Source: Candidatus Latescibacterota bacterium | Lineage (GTDB): Bacteria; Latescibacterota; UBA2968; UBA8231 | DNA: 64,000 nt | Direction: 5' to 3' | Assembly: GCA_965217585.1 (NCBI GenBank) | Contig: OZ244561.1 | Coordinates: forward strand, 2,912,001 to 2,976,000 | Shown: positions 1-9,409 of the stretch, piece by piece | How positions within the stretch are numbered: the stretch's first letter is position 1 | Layout: each line of letters opens with the position of its first letter | Position numbers and translations under genes: made by a program | The notes under the pieces: model-generated | What the model saw: the letters and a program-made list of their open reading frames with translations, nothing else | Databases searched by the model: none | What the model was told of the DNA's origin: nothing

Positions 1-1
1 T

Positions 2-505
2 GGCCTGTGTTTCGTCGAACGCGACTGAATCGATCTCCTGTGCCCAATGCTCCTCGGCAACCGCGATAATGTGGTCCTTGAATTGTGCGCAAAGAGGATC
101 ATTAGCCATTTCCAGCTTCGCTGCCCAGCCCTCTTCACCTTTCGCCTCGAACAGAGCGTTCTCAATCCCGTTTCGTGCGCGTTCGGCGTGATCGCGGGTG
201 TCCGGTGAATAGGAACCCTCGTGCTCGGCATCGTCAACGGGCCGAACATGTTGATACGCGAGACGGAACAGTCGCAGAAGCAGTTGCGGCGTGAATGCCG
301 GAGTCTTCAAATTGATCACATCATGACGCTCGCCGAAAAGAACACTGAACCATTTGACCGCTTCGCTACGCGCTCCTGGCTCGACCGTTCTGATCCGATC
401 CTCAAGCGCGGATACACCGAGTTCGGGGTCGACGCGCATAAGCGTCGGCAACCACACAAAAGCAAGTTCTTCCGGCAGGTCATCCTGGAGCCGCTCACGC
501 GCGAC
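2..505 (-). pseudogene. C-terminal continuation of the NACHT/STAND ATPase after a +1 frameshift; runs off the window start
   Basis: Skipping nt 506 gives a stop-free 168-codon frame (VARERLQDDLPEELAFVWLPTLMRVDPELGVSALEDRIR...FDETQA) directly continuing ...HVLA of ORF 495..3719. Confidence 0.75.
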
Positions 506-3500
506 TAGCGAGCACGTGCGTGCGCGTATCTTCGTCGCCATGCTTCAGCATCACGCCGATCACCTGCCGAAGCCGCTTGGTGGCCCCAAAGAGGTCGCCC
601 GCACCATCGACAACATCTCCGTTCCCGTCCAACCATTCGCGGAGTCGAGGGATAAACAATTTAGCGACCGGCTCAGGCGCGTAACTAATGTCCTGCAATA
701 GCATCGAATGGCCGTGTGCGCGCGGGTCCCTTTTCAGTTCCCAGCTCAACTCGTTGCCGAGTATTGCATCCACCGCGTCTGGATGGGCATTGACGAGACT
801 TTCCATCCAATTAGGCAGTCCATTGAGTTGGATGGGGGCGAATCTCACCGCGAGCTTCGCTTCTTCTTCAGTTAGTTTGGTAGCCCATGAAGGATCTTCG
901 GCCTCCGCATAGAGCGCGGCGAGCCCGAGCTGCCAACGGACGAGATAGGTGCTGCGCTCGTCTTCCGGTCTTTCGCTTGGAACGGTGGGATGGTCTTCGC
1001 GCCAGATATTCATCAGAATCCGCCGCAACCGGTCCGCGGTCTCTTTTCCAAACTGCTCTTCGATAAAGCGTCGATTCCACCCTGATTCACGGCTATCGTC
1101 GTCGTCGTGGCTCATTGCCTGCCAAAGATCCCACGCTGTGTTCCAGCTGCGTTCGGAGGAGAAAGCGCTCTCAGGGCGCTCAGCGACTTCACGCCAGAAC
1201 TCAATCCAACTGGCCCTATTCTTCGCGTCTCGCCTCTCTTGTTGCTGCTTCCGCAGAGCCTGCTCTTTCTCCCAGCGCTTCTCCTCTTCGTCGTGCTGCG
1301 ATGGTTTCAGGTACTCATCGATTGCCGCAAGTAGACTTGGCTGATCGGCAACCAGCGGCTTCAGTCCCGACACATGATCCTGCCGCTGTTCGCGGTGTGG
1401 AACTAGACGCATCGCCGCCTCCAATAGCATGGCCCGGTCGTTTTCGGAGCGCGCCGTGTCGCCGAGGGCTTCCTTGATCCAGTCCAGATCCCGCTCTGGA
1501 CGAAGCTGGACAGGCCCGTGGTGCCATGTGACTGCTGCGAAACGCTTCCAAGGATCCGCGATGGCGTGGAGTGATTGAACCAAGGAGTCTTCCGCCCAGA
1601 AAAGACGCGCATGGTCTTCAGCGGACAGGTTACTCAATCGCTCGTGAAGCGCCTTGTGCGCTTCGTCATTGCTGTATTCGCGATTATGGAGACGAAGCGC
1701 AAGAACGCTCGCATGCAGCCAGCAATCGCTCTTGCTTCCGTCGAGTCCGTGCATGCAGGTCGCGGCCAATGCGCCGCTCAGATGGGGTCGGTCGCAGACA
1801 ATGTGAGGCCATTCCTTGCGCCAGCGGAGTCCGACAGAAAGCAACTCGACCAGTCCGTCGCGAAGCGCCTCAAGGCCCGGCGGGTCAAGTTCTGCATCGA
1901 CGATCGGATGGGGCAGGTGCCAACTCAGGTCGCCCACCCTACGCTCCCCTTCCTTCATCCAACTCAGCGTCTGACAAAGCTGCTCGATTGAGAGATTTCG
2001 AGGAAACAGTCGCAGCACGACGCCCCGCGCAACGTTGTCCGGCCACAGAGCATCAGCAGCCGCTACTTCGGACGCAATGTCCTTGAGCCTAGGATCGCTG
2101 ATCGCCACCATCGCATCGACAGCAATCATCCGTTGGACTTCGGGCGCTTCAACGTCACGGGCAACGTCGTGCATGATGTCAGCACAACCATTGATGCGCC
2201 CCGCCTCGACAAGATAAAGCAGCGTCTGACGAACATCGGGGTTTTCTATACCCTTTTCCCAAAGTTGACTGATGTCGTCTGCCAGTTCGGGCGAAGCGAA
2301 ACGATGAACCTGGATGTGTGGAACGCTCAGTCCACGCCATCCACCCTGACCATAGCGCTCCACATAGACACGCAGTGCTTGATTGCGCTGCGATTGGGAA
2401 AGAGCCTCCGGGTCACCTTCATTAAGAAGCACTGCAGGCTCGTTGTCCCGCAGCATTTCGAACATTCTATCCTCTGCGAGCGCCAACCAACCAGCGATCG
2501 GTCGTTTTGATGGACGGACAATCGTCTTGCCTTTGGTTTGCGCGAAGATCAGCCGCTTGAGAGCCCGAAACGACATGCCTCGAGCGCGGAGCGCCCGAAG
2601 ACGTTCTGCCGCCAGAAATTCAACGACGGAACGATGGTGAAAACGCACGCGACCATAGGAGGCAAAACCGAACAGCGGCCGTTCAAGTAGAGCTTTTAGC
2701 TCATTGGGGTTCCAGTCCGACAGTATGATCGCCGGATCGAGGGCGGCTTCATCCTCGACGACGTCTGACGCGGCGCTGTGCCGGATCGTCATACGGCGCG
2801 TAACCATCATGGCGAGCGCCAATCGGCTGGCCCCTTCAATGGCTCGGTCGACGGACAGCTCGGCGGGCTCGTGCCTGTCGTCCCTCGGCTGCAGCTTCAC
2901 GCGCACATTCGTCGCCACTTGATCGCGATGAGTTCGGATACGCTTGTGTTCCCGCCAATCCGCGCATAACTCGATCAGGTCCTGCGGGCGCCGCGCGAAT
3001 TCCAGCGCGTTCCGTCTCTCCAAGTCCTCCAGCAGCACCGTAGGATCCTCGACACCTTTAACCCTCGCGAATTCGAGAATCTGTGCGTCCGATAGGGGCA
3101 TAAGCGCGACGGTACGCCAATCGGGAGCGGCGGAATCGTCCTTGTCCCCGACTTGGTGGCTCTGGTGATCGCGCATTGCGATCTTCGCGAAGGTTTCTTC
3201 ACTCGGCTCCGTCGAAGGCGCCGGAGGAATGGGCAGCAGACGACGCACAAGCTGTTCGTCGAATGGGATCGGCCGCGTCGTTATGACGATCCGGGACTGT
3301 CGGAGCTTGCTGCCAATCGCCTTTTCCAAGCGTTTGAGTGCCAGCTCGAACGAACCGAGGCTCAGTTTCAGTTCGTCGATTGAGTCCAGGAAGAACGTCG
3401 CGACGTCGGATTGCGAGGAAAGCCAGGCGTCCAGCCGCGCTTCTTCGTTGTGGCTTAGGAGGCTTCGGAGATCTTCCGCCCCCAAGCCCGCCAAATCAAC

Positions 3501-3719
3501 GAAGAACGCGGGTTCCCCCGCATCCCACAGACGCTGAGCCTGTCTGCGGCATTCATACGTCTTGCCCGCGCCCGCCTCTGAGATCATCAGCACACGCTTC
3601 GAGCGCAGCAGGTCTTCCCATGTCGTCCCTCTCGACCAACCTAGGCTGACCAAGAACGACTGCTGATCTGCCTCGCTGAGTTTGCCCTCAGGGATATTCT
3701 GGAATGTTCTTTCGATCAT
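495..3719 (-). CDS. NACHT/STAND-class P-loop ATPase with long helical C-terminal region (probable defence NLR-like protein), frameshifted near 506
   Basis: Walker A-like SEAGAGKT, Walker B FFLDSIDE, sensor VITTRP, FHHRSVVEFLAAE motif typical of NACHT proteins. Confidence 0.8.
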   Translation of the reverse strand: MIERTFQNIPEGKLSEADQQSFLVSLGWSRGTTWEDLLRSKRVLMISEAGAGKTYECRRQAQRLWDAGEPAFFVDLAGLGAEDLRSLLSHNEEARLDAWLSSQSDVATFFLDSIDELKLSLGSFELALKRLEKAIGSKLRQSRIVITTRPIPFDEQLVRRLLPIPPAPSTEPSEETFAKIAMRDHQSHQVGDKDDSAAPDWRTVALMPLSDAQILEFARVKGVEDPTVLLEDLERRNALEFARRPQDLIELCADWREHKRIRTHRDQVATNVRVKLQPRDDRHEPAELSVDRAIEGASRLALAMMVTRRMTIRHSAASDVVEDEAALDPAIILSDWNPNELKALLERPLFGFASYGRVRFHHRSVVEFLAAERLRALRARGMSFRALKRLIFAQTKGKTIVRPSKRPIAGWLALAEDRMFEMLRDNEPAVLLNEGDPEALSQSQRNQALRVYVERYGQGGWRGLSVPHIQVHRFASPELADDISQLWEKGIENPDVRQTLLYLVEAGRINGCADIMHDVARDVEAPEVQRMIAVDAMVAISDPRLKDIASEVAAADALWPDNVARGVVLRLFPRNLSIEQLCQTLSWMKEGERRVGDLSWHLPHPIVDAELDPPGLEALRDGLVELLSVGLRWRKEWPHIVCDRPHLSGALAATCMHGLDGSKSDCWLHASVLALRLHNREYSNDEAHKALHERLSNLSAEDHARLFWAEDSLVQSLHAIADPWKRFAAVTWHHGPVQLRPERDLDWIKEALGDTARSENDRAMLLEAAMRLVPHREQRQDHVSGLKPLVADQPSLLAAIDEYLKPSQHDEEEKRWEKEQALRKQQQERRDAKNRASWIEFWREVAERPESAFSSERSWNTAWDLWQAMSHDDDDSRESGWNRRFIEEQFGKETADRLRRILMNIWREDHPTVPSERPEDERSTYLVRWQLGLAALYAEAEDPSWATKLTEEEAKLAVRFAPIQLNGLPNWMESLVNAHPDAVDAILGNELSWELKRDPRAHGHSMLLQDISYAPEPVAKLFIPRLREWLDGNGDVVDGAGDLFGATKRLRQVIGVMLKHGDEDTRTHVLASRA

Positions 3720-3722
3720 CAG

Positions 3723-4967
3723 TTAGAAGCGCCTTCCGCCAGCGAATCCATTGAATTCGTCCAGGAACCACTCGGCTTGCTTCGTCATAAAGACGCCGAT
3801 CTCTTCCCCCTTGAAGGCGAAAGATACCCTGAGCCCACCCAGGTAAATATCCGTGATATAGACTTCCATGTTGAGCGTCTGCTCGTCGACCCACGCGGCT
3901 GAGGCCAGGCAATCGTATTTGATGCCCGGGACCGAGCCGATCTGTTCGCCGAAGTAATTGCGTTGAGGGAACTTGCCGGACAGTACGCGCCCGACACCGA
4001 ACCGCAGCACGTTGTCGCCCTGACCGTTGGTGTACTCCCAGACGCCCTCATCCTCCTTGAAGGACAGGCGCATCCGCGTGATCCCCATCGGGTTGTCTGC
4101 CAAAGCATACCAGGCTCCGTTGACTTCCAAAGCCGCCCTTGCGTCGGGGCCCCCGGGGATCGGCAGGACTGCCAGCCGCTCGATCTTATCGGAGAGTTCC
4201 GCGTGGGCGTCGCGGTTTTCGGCAAGCGGCGCGTCTGATAGGTGGGGGTAGAGTTCCTGACGCATCACGACCGGAATGGCGCTGCCGGCCGGTGCGCCCT
4301 GTGTGTCGGCGATGCATGTGAACAGAAACTCTTTGTCGGGAAAACAGATCGCGTACTGACTGCCCATCCCGCGGAAGGAGAATCCGTTCTCTTGGTCTCG
4401 CCAGATCTGATATCCATACCCGCAGTTCCCCCGGATGGCGTTGTCGATCTGGCTGGAGGCAAGCCGTTCGACCGTGGCTGTGAGCACGACGGTTGCCGCG
4501 GTGTCGTACGAAAAGATCGTTCCAGAAGGATGCGAGGGGGGCCGGTTGAAGAAGGTCCAAACCCAGTCCGGATCGTCGCGCGTATAGGAGGTTGTCGAAT
4601 GGGGGGTCGCCATCGTCAGGAGATCCCGGACGGTCGCGGCGGCAAGCCACGGATGAAGGTCTTCCGGCAGTTTGTCCGGGAAGTATTCGGCGACCCGATC
4701 GTCGAGGGTGAGCCGGCCTTCGTCGACCATCATCCCGACCGCCAACGCGACAAAGCTCTTACTGACCGAATACATCCGGTGCATGCGTTCCGCCGACCAC
4801 GGGGCCCAGTATCCCTCAGCCGCGATTCTGTTGTGATGCACCAGCAGGAATCCATGCATGCAGATTCGCTCGGAGTCGATCCGCTGCAGGAAATTCAGGA
4901 TCGCCCGTGAAGGTATTCCCTGGCTTTCAGGTGAGGGTGCCGTTGTAAACACTTTTTCACTTTCCAT
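3723..4967 (-). CDS. Serine hydrolase, beta-lactamase class C-like family (probable internal in-frame deletion)
   Basis: YSVSKSF (SxxK), TVRDLLTM, GTIFSY, GYGYQIW motifs; ATG at 4967 with AGGAG upstream; ORF-track extension to 5378 overlaps the SDR gene. Confidence 0.8.
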   Translation of the reverse strand: MESEKVFTTAPSPESQGIPSRAILNFLQRIDSERICMHGFLLVHHNRIAAEGYWAPWSAERMHRMYSVSKSFVALAVGMMVDEGRLTLDDRVAEYFPDKLPEDLHPWLAAATVRDLLTMATPHSTTSYTRDDPDWVWTFFNRPPSHPSGTIFSYDTAATVVLTATVERLASSQIDNAIRGNCGYGYQIWRDQENGFSFRGMGSQYAICFPDKEFLFTCIADTQGAPAGSAIPVVMRQELYPHLSDAPLAENRDAHAELSDKIERLAVLPIPGGPDARAALEVNGAWYALADNPMGITRMRLSFKEDEGVWEYTNGQGDNVLRFGVGRVLSGKFPQRNYFGEQIGSVPGIKYDCLASAAWVDEQTLNMEVYITDIYLGGLRVSFAFKGEEIGVFMTKQAEWFLDEFNGFAGGRRF

Positions 4968-5043
4968 AGCTGCTCCTTGACAAAGAATCCAAAAAAGACC
5001 CTTTATTTTTCCTATACATTCCAAAAACCTAAGGGAGATCAGC

Positions 5044-5844
5044 ATGCGACTCAAAGACAAAACAGCCATCGTCACTGGTGCCGGGGGCGGCATGGGCCTC
5101 GGCATAGCGAAATGCCTGACGCGCGAAGGGGCCGCCATCGTGGCGACCGACATCGACGGCGACAGGGCGCAGGCCACCGCCGACCAGCTCGAGCGCGAAG
5201 GGGCCGCCGCGGTCGCCATCGCCGCCGACATAACGGATGAATCCGCCTGCCAGGACCTCGTCGCGCAGGCGATCGAGCGCTTCGGCGCCATCGACATCCT
5301 CGTCAACAACGCCGGCCACTTCGGCACCATCGTCGGTGCCCCGTTCACCAACTTCACCGGCGAGGAGTGGGACAGCAACTACGACATACACGTCAAGGGC
5401 CCCTTCTTCCTCTGCAAGGCGATCGCCCCGCACATGATCGAGCGCCGCTACGGCAAGATCATCAACATCTCTTCCGCGGCCGCCAAACGCGACCCGACCT
5501 TCCTACCGGCCTACGCGGCCGCCAAGAACGCGATGCTCAGCCTGACGCGGCTGACCGCCAAGGACCTAGGACCGCACAACATCACCGTAAACGCCGTATG
5601 CCCCGGGTTCGTGTGGACCAACTTCTGGCACACGCTGGCGCCGAAGATCGCCGAGGTAGATCCCGCCTATGCCGGCAAAAGCGCCCGCGAGGTGTTCGAC
5701 CTGTTCATCGCCAACTCGACGCCGATGCAGCGGGAACAGTCGCCTGAGGACATCGGCAACATGGTCGCCTTCCTCGCTTCCGAGGAGGCACGCAACGTCA
5801 CCGGCCAGACGATAAACGTCAGCGGCGGCATGGTCCTGGACTGA
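5044..5844 (+). CDS. Short-chain dehydrogenase/reductase (FabG-like SDR)
   Basis: TGAGGGMG, NNAG, YAAAK, NAVCPG motifs; GGGAG RBS. Confidence 0.95.
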   Translation: MRLKDKTAIVTGAGGGMGLGIAKCLTREGAAIVATDIDGDRAQATADQLEREGAAAVAIAADITDESACQDLVAQAIERFGAIDILVNNAGHFGTIVGAPFTNFTGEEWDSNYDIHVKGPFFLCKAIAPHMIERRYGKIINISSAAAKRDPTFLPAYAAAKNAMLSLTRLTAKDLGPHNITVNAVCPGFVWTNFWHTLAPKIAEVDPAYAGKSAREVFDLFIANSTPMQREQSPEDIGNMVAFLASEEARNVTGQTINVSGGMVLD

Positions 5845-5853
5845 ACAAGGCGA

Positions 5854-6525
5854 ATGCACAAAGAACCTGCTGACTTGCGAGTGATCCTGATCGGCGGCTC
5901 ATCCCACGTCGGAAAATCGACCTTGGCCGATTCGCTGGCAGCAAAGCTGGGGTGGGCCCAAATCTCCACGGACAAACTCGCCCGCCACCCCGGTCGGCCA
6001 TGGCAACCGGAACCACAGCAGGTGCCCGACCACGTAGCCGAGCACTATCTCTCGCTGTCGGTGCGCGAATTGATTGAGGATGTGCTCCATCACTACAAGG
6101 TCAATGTGTGGCCGCAAGTTGAGGCGATCGTCACGGCGACCGCGACCGACACCTCCAAGGAGCGGATAATAATAGAGGGATCTGCTCTGTGGCCAGAGTT
6201 TGTGGCGACCCTAAATGTTGCCAACTTCGCTGCTGTTTGGCTCACAGCCAGTGACGCCGTCTTTGAGCAGAGGATTCGCGCGGCAAGTCAGTATCGAACG
6301 AAGTCCCAGCGCGCAAGAAGGATGGTGGATAAGTTTCTGGAACGCAGCCTGCTCTACAATGCGCAGATGATGGATGCAATTAGGCTGCACGGGCTGGTCA
6401 GTGTGGACGTAAGTGCAGCTAGTGTGGATGAGCTGACGCAGAGGTGTTTGTCGTTGCTGGGCTTGGAGCACGCTGGGCCGCGTCCTGAACGAGAGTACGA
6501 TGGCCGCATGACGGACATTTTTTAA
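5854..6525 (+). CDS. P-loop kinase (2-phosphoglycerate kinase-like)
   Basis: ILIGGSSHVGKST Walker A, ISTD, IIIEG. Confidence 0.7.
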   Translation: MHKEPADLRVILIGGSSHVGKSTLADSLAAKLGWAQISTDKLARHPGRPWQPEPQQVPDHVAEHYLSLSVRELIEDVLHHYKVNVWPQVEAIVTATATDTSKERIIIEGSALWPEFVATLNVANFAAVWLTASDAVFEQRIRAASQYRTKSQRARRMVDKFLERSLLYNAQMMDAIRLHGLVSVDVSAASVDELTQRCLSLLGLEHAGPRPEREYDGRMTDIF

Positions 6526-6623
6526 TTTGTATATAATTGCTTAATTGTCCGGTTCTGGATAGCTTCAGCATAGAGACGCACTTTATGCCGAGTGGGAAAC
6601 CAAAGTGATATAAGGAGCTAAAA

Positions 6624-7433
6624 ATGGCAAAGACTGCTGAAATGATTGTCTGGGCTCAAGACCTATTTAGCTATGACATCATTCCGCCCTCTTTCACCGT
6701 TTTTAGACCGGATGAGAGCGAGGTGAACGCTCGGAATATTTTCGTATTAACTTCTGTTGCCGACCTTCCTACTGTAAGTGAGTTTGTCCGCGCTCCCAAT
6801 CATCGAAACCATCTTCGAACCCTTTTCGTCCGCGAAGACAACAACGCTCAGTTTTTGCCGCAGATGCTTTACGAGGCAAAACTCAAAAGCAGCCGACATA
6901 TTCTTGTGTATTCAACTGAGGATGTGCCAAAGCGCGTTCTAACAGCTTGGAGTCTTGGATGTCCCGATCAACTCATTGCCACGGCACAGGTTGTAGGTGA
7001 GGAACTCTTTATCATGGCGTGTGATAACACCTTATTCAGAGTGGGTTTTGCAGAAATGCCCGCACTGGAGCGCATACCATCCCAACAGCGTTCTTCATTT
7101 ACTATCTCCAGTGAAGGCAGTTATATACACTGGCCTGAGGTTGATGTACACATTGACCTAGATGCTGTTCGCTACCTAAAAGACGAAACATGGCGTGAGA
7201 AAAAGGATCGGGAAAAACTAATGTACGACCTCCGATTCGGAGAGGCCGTTGCCGCATTGCGCAAGCAGTACGGGCTTAAGCAAACCGAGATACGAGGGCT
7301 TTCTGAACGCCATGTGCGAAGGATCGAAAAGGGGGAACGGACAAAGATTGATACGCTAGCGATTTTGGCAAGAAACCACGGATTGTCCCTTAAAGAGTAT
7401 CTCGATGAAATTGCCGAAATGTTCTCCCCTTAG
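6624..7433 (+). CDS. DUF2442-like domain plus C-terminal XRE HTH protein (antitoxin/regulator-like)
   Basis: ISSEGSYIHWPEVDVHIDL (DUF2442-like); LRKQYGLKQTEIRGLSERHVRRIEKG HTH; AAGGAG RBS. Confidence 0.7.
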   Translation: MAKTAEMIVWAQDLFSYDIIPPSFTVFRPDESEVNARNIFVLTSVADLPTVSEFVRAPNHRNHLRTLFVREDNNAQFLPQMLYEAKLKSSRHILVYSTEDVPKRVLTAWSLGCPDQLIATAQVVGEELFIMACDNTLFRVGFAEMPALERIPSQQRSSFTISSEGSYIHWPEVDVHIDLDAVRYLKDETWREKKDREKLMYDLRFGEAVAALRKQYGLKQTEIRGLSERHVRRIEKGERTKIDTLAILARNHGLSLKEYLDEIAEMFSP

Positions 7434-7434
7434 G

Positions 7435-7502
7435 ACTTTTCCAGCCGCGTCGGTTTATTTTTTGCGGTCCTTGTAGCGGCGGCCCCTGTCTTCGACGCGG
7501 CG
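7435..7502. repeat. Copy A of the 3' tail of the PPOX-family gene (9931..10440)
   Basis: 7449-7502 is identical over 54 bp to 9925-9978; 7435-7448 is shared with copy B. Confidence 0.95.
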
Positions 7503-7693
7503 GCCTCAAGGATACCGGCGACGATGGCTGAGCCGACCTGTGGAAGTGGGGCTGCTGCGTCTGAGGGTACAAGGGTAAGCACTCAGACCTTGACGCCGCC
7601 TTCAACTAGGTGCGGTAGTACGCTTTAGCGCTGAAAAACTCGCCTCTGCTGATCGTTTGGTACATAGTGCGGTTTCGGATTCGTACGAAATAG
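7502..7693 (+). pseudogene. Relic of an MmeI-like (type IIL) restriction-modification enzyme N-terminal region
   Basis: Translates GLKDTGDDG*ADLWKWGCCV*GYKGKHSDLDAAFN*VR*YALALKNSPLLIV..VRFRIRT, resembling the DGWADVWK...EYKGKH.DLDAAFNQLRQYALALENPPLLIV pattern; four internal stops. Confidence 0.7.
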
Positions 7694-7756
7694 TGGAAGG
7701 AGCCGCTCTATGGTCCATCTATTGCCAAGATTTTTGGTATTAGATATAATACCAAA

Positions 7757-8185
7757 ATGGGACTGTCTCAAATTGTCTTGGATACCAATATTTTGGTCGC
7801 AGCACTTCGCTCTAAACGGGGTGCTTCTTTTAAGCTGGTCTCTTTGGTTGGCCAAGGTCTATTTGGGATCAATCTCTCGGTGCCGCTCGTCTTGCAGTAC
7901 GAAGAGGTACTTCGACGCCAGAGACGTAGTTTACATGTTACGCAGGACAGTATTGCAGATGTTCTTGATTATCTGTGCTCGGTGGCCAATTTGCACGAGA
8001 TATATTTCCTTTGGCGGCCCTACCTGCCGGATCCGCAGGATGATATGCTGCTGGATTTGGCTGTCAATGCGAGCTGTAAGTATATCGTAACCTATAACAA
8101 ACGGGACTTCCGCGGTGTGGAGACGTTTGGCATTAAGGTAGTAACGGCCAAAGAATTTCTGGAAAGGATAGGAGTCTTATCATGA
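7757..8185 (+). CDS. PIN-domain toxin
   Basis: IVLDTNILV, YEEV, DPQDDMLLDLA, IVTYNKRDF. Confidence 0.9.
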   Translation: MGLSQIVLDTNILVAALRSKRGASFKLVSLVGQGLFGINLSVPLVLQYEEVLRRQRRSLHVTQDSIADVLDYLCSVANLHEIYFLWRPYLPDPQDDMLLDLAVNASCKYIVTYNKRDFRGVETFGIKVVTAKEFLERIGVLS

Positions 8186-8418
8186 GTACGCTGAGCGTTC
8201 GATTGCCCGATTCGCTGCATAAGCGAGTCAAGCAGATGGCGGAGGGGGAGGGGGTTTCAATGAATCAGTTTATCACCTTGGCAGTGACGGAGAAAGTGTC
8301 GGCGCTGATGACGGTTGAGTATCTCGAAGAGCGTACTAAGCGAGGTAGTCGTCAGAAGTTTGAAGCTGTTTTGGCAAATGTGCCGGATATAGAGCCGGAA
8401 GTATATGATCGGTTATAA
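8182..8418 (+). CDS. Ribbon-helix-helix (HicB-like) antitoxin
   Basis: MSTLSVRLPDSLHKRVKQMAEGEGVSMNQFI; ATGA overlap with the PIN gene. Confidence 0.85.
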   Translation: MSTLSVRLPDSLHKRVKQMAEGEGVSMNQFITLAVTEKVSALMTVEYLEERTKRGSRQKFEAVLANVPDIEPEVYDRL

Positions 8419-8435
8419 TGCAGCCCTCACCTAGT

Positions 8436-8520
8436 ACTTTTCCAGCCGCGTCGGCTTATTTTTTACGGTCCTTGTAGCGGCGGCCTCGATCTTCGACGCG
8501 GTGCTCGCGCATTAATTCCA
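8436..8520. repeat. Copy B (diverged allele) of the PPOX-family gene 3' tail
   Basis: Minus strand encodes ELMREHRVEDRGRRYKDRKK* versus ELVRERRVEDRGRRYKDRKK* in the intact gene. Confidence 0.9.
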
Positions 8521-8596
8521 CTTAATACGGGCCGGGCCGGATATGTGTCCGCCGCAACCAGACCGTACTGGGCTACTGGAAGCAGGAGGTCGATTG

Positions 8597-9409
8597 GTGC
8601 AAGAAATCATAGACAACCTGTCGAGTAATCCACTCGCATTCGTTCTTGATGATGGCTGGGTACTCTACCATGGGACTTCTAAGTCGTATTCCGCTTCGAT
8701 AGAGTCTTTCGGACTCGGACATCAGGAAGGGGTACCAAGTTACTGGGACGACGTACAGTCTTTCATAACGTACTGGCAGATCTTCAACCTGGAATCTCCC
8801 GCCTTTGTAGCCCTAGCGGGATTCAGTCAGGATCGCGAAGGTGTCCGCGCCGTTTCCCTCGCCGAGACATTCGAGCGCGCAGCACGTTATGCCGTAAAAG
8901 AGCCTGGCGGTGAGACCATTGCGCTTATGCGTCGAGCTATTGGTGAGATTGCAGAAGAAATCAGGAACCCGGAGCTTATCAAGACACGCCTACACGAGCA
9001 GCGCACGTGCATCTATCGACTAGCAGTTCGCAGTGGATTCGATAGCGAAGATTCTTGGGATGCAGTAAACGGCGCTGTTGGTCCGTCATTTCATGCTATC
9101 GATCACGCGCTAAGTGTCCTTGAATGTCCGGAGGTTCTCTTCTCAGAACTCGATAAGTTCAAATCCTATAGTAGCGCCAGAGAGCATCCTCCCGTTGTTT
9201 ACGCAGTTCGCATTCACAGTGCGGACATCAGCCATCTTTCGATGAATTCAGCTGGAGTCAACTACCGTGGCGTACTACCTCCAGAACGCCTTCTAGCTCG
9301 CGTTCGGATCTCTGACGACAGAGTCATCCGGCAGCTTGCTGCTGACGACGAAGGCTTCGATTCGTACTTGGAAGCCCGGGGGATGTGGCGCAAGAGACTA
9401 GGCCACTAA
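8597..9409 (+). CDS. Hypothetical protein with ADP-ribosyltransferase-like N-terminal motif
   Basis: GTG at 8597 after AGGAGG; VLYHGTS..S..I...GL motif; lower GC than core genes. Confidence 0.55.
   Translation: MQEIIDNLSSNPLAFVLDDGWVLYHGTSKSYSASIESFGLGHQEGVPSYWDDVQSFITYWQIFNLESPAFVALAGFSQDREGVRAVSLAETFERAARYAVKEPGGETIALMRRAIGEIAEEIRNPELIKTRLHEQRTCIYRLAVRSGFDSEDSWDAVNGAVGPSFHAIDHALSVLECPEVLFSELDKFKSYSSAREHPPVVYAVRIHSADISHLSMNSAGVNYRGVLPPERLLARVRISDDRVIRQLAADDEGFDSYLEARGMWRKRLGH

Noticed and set aside
4968-5378. N-terminal extension of the 551-aa ORF
   Set aside because: It is antisense to the SDR gene; the real start is the ATG at 4967 with an RBS
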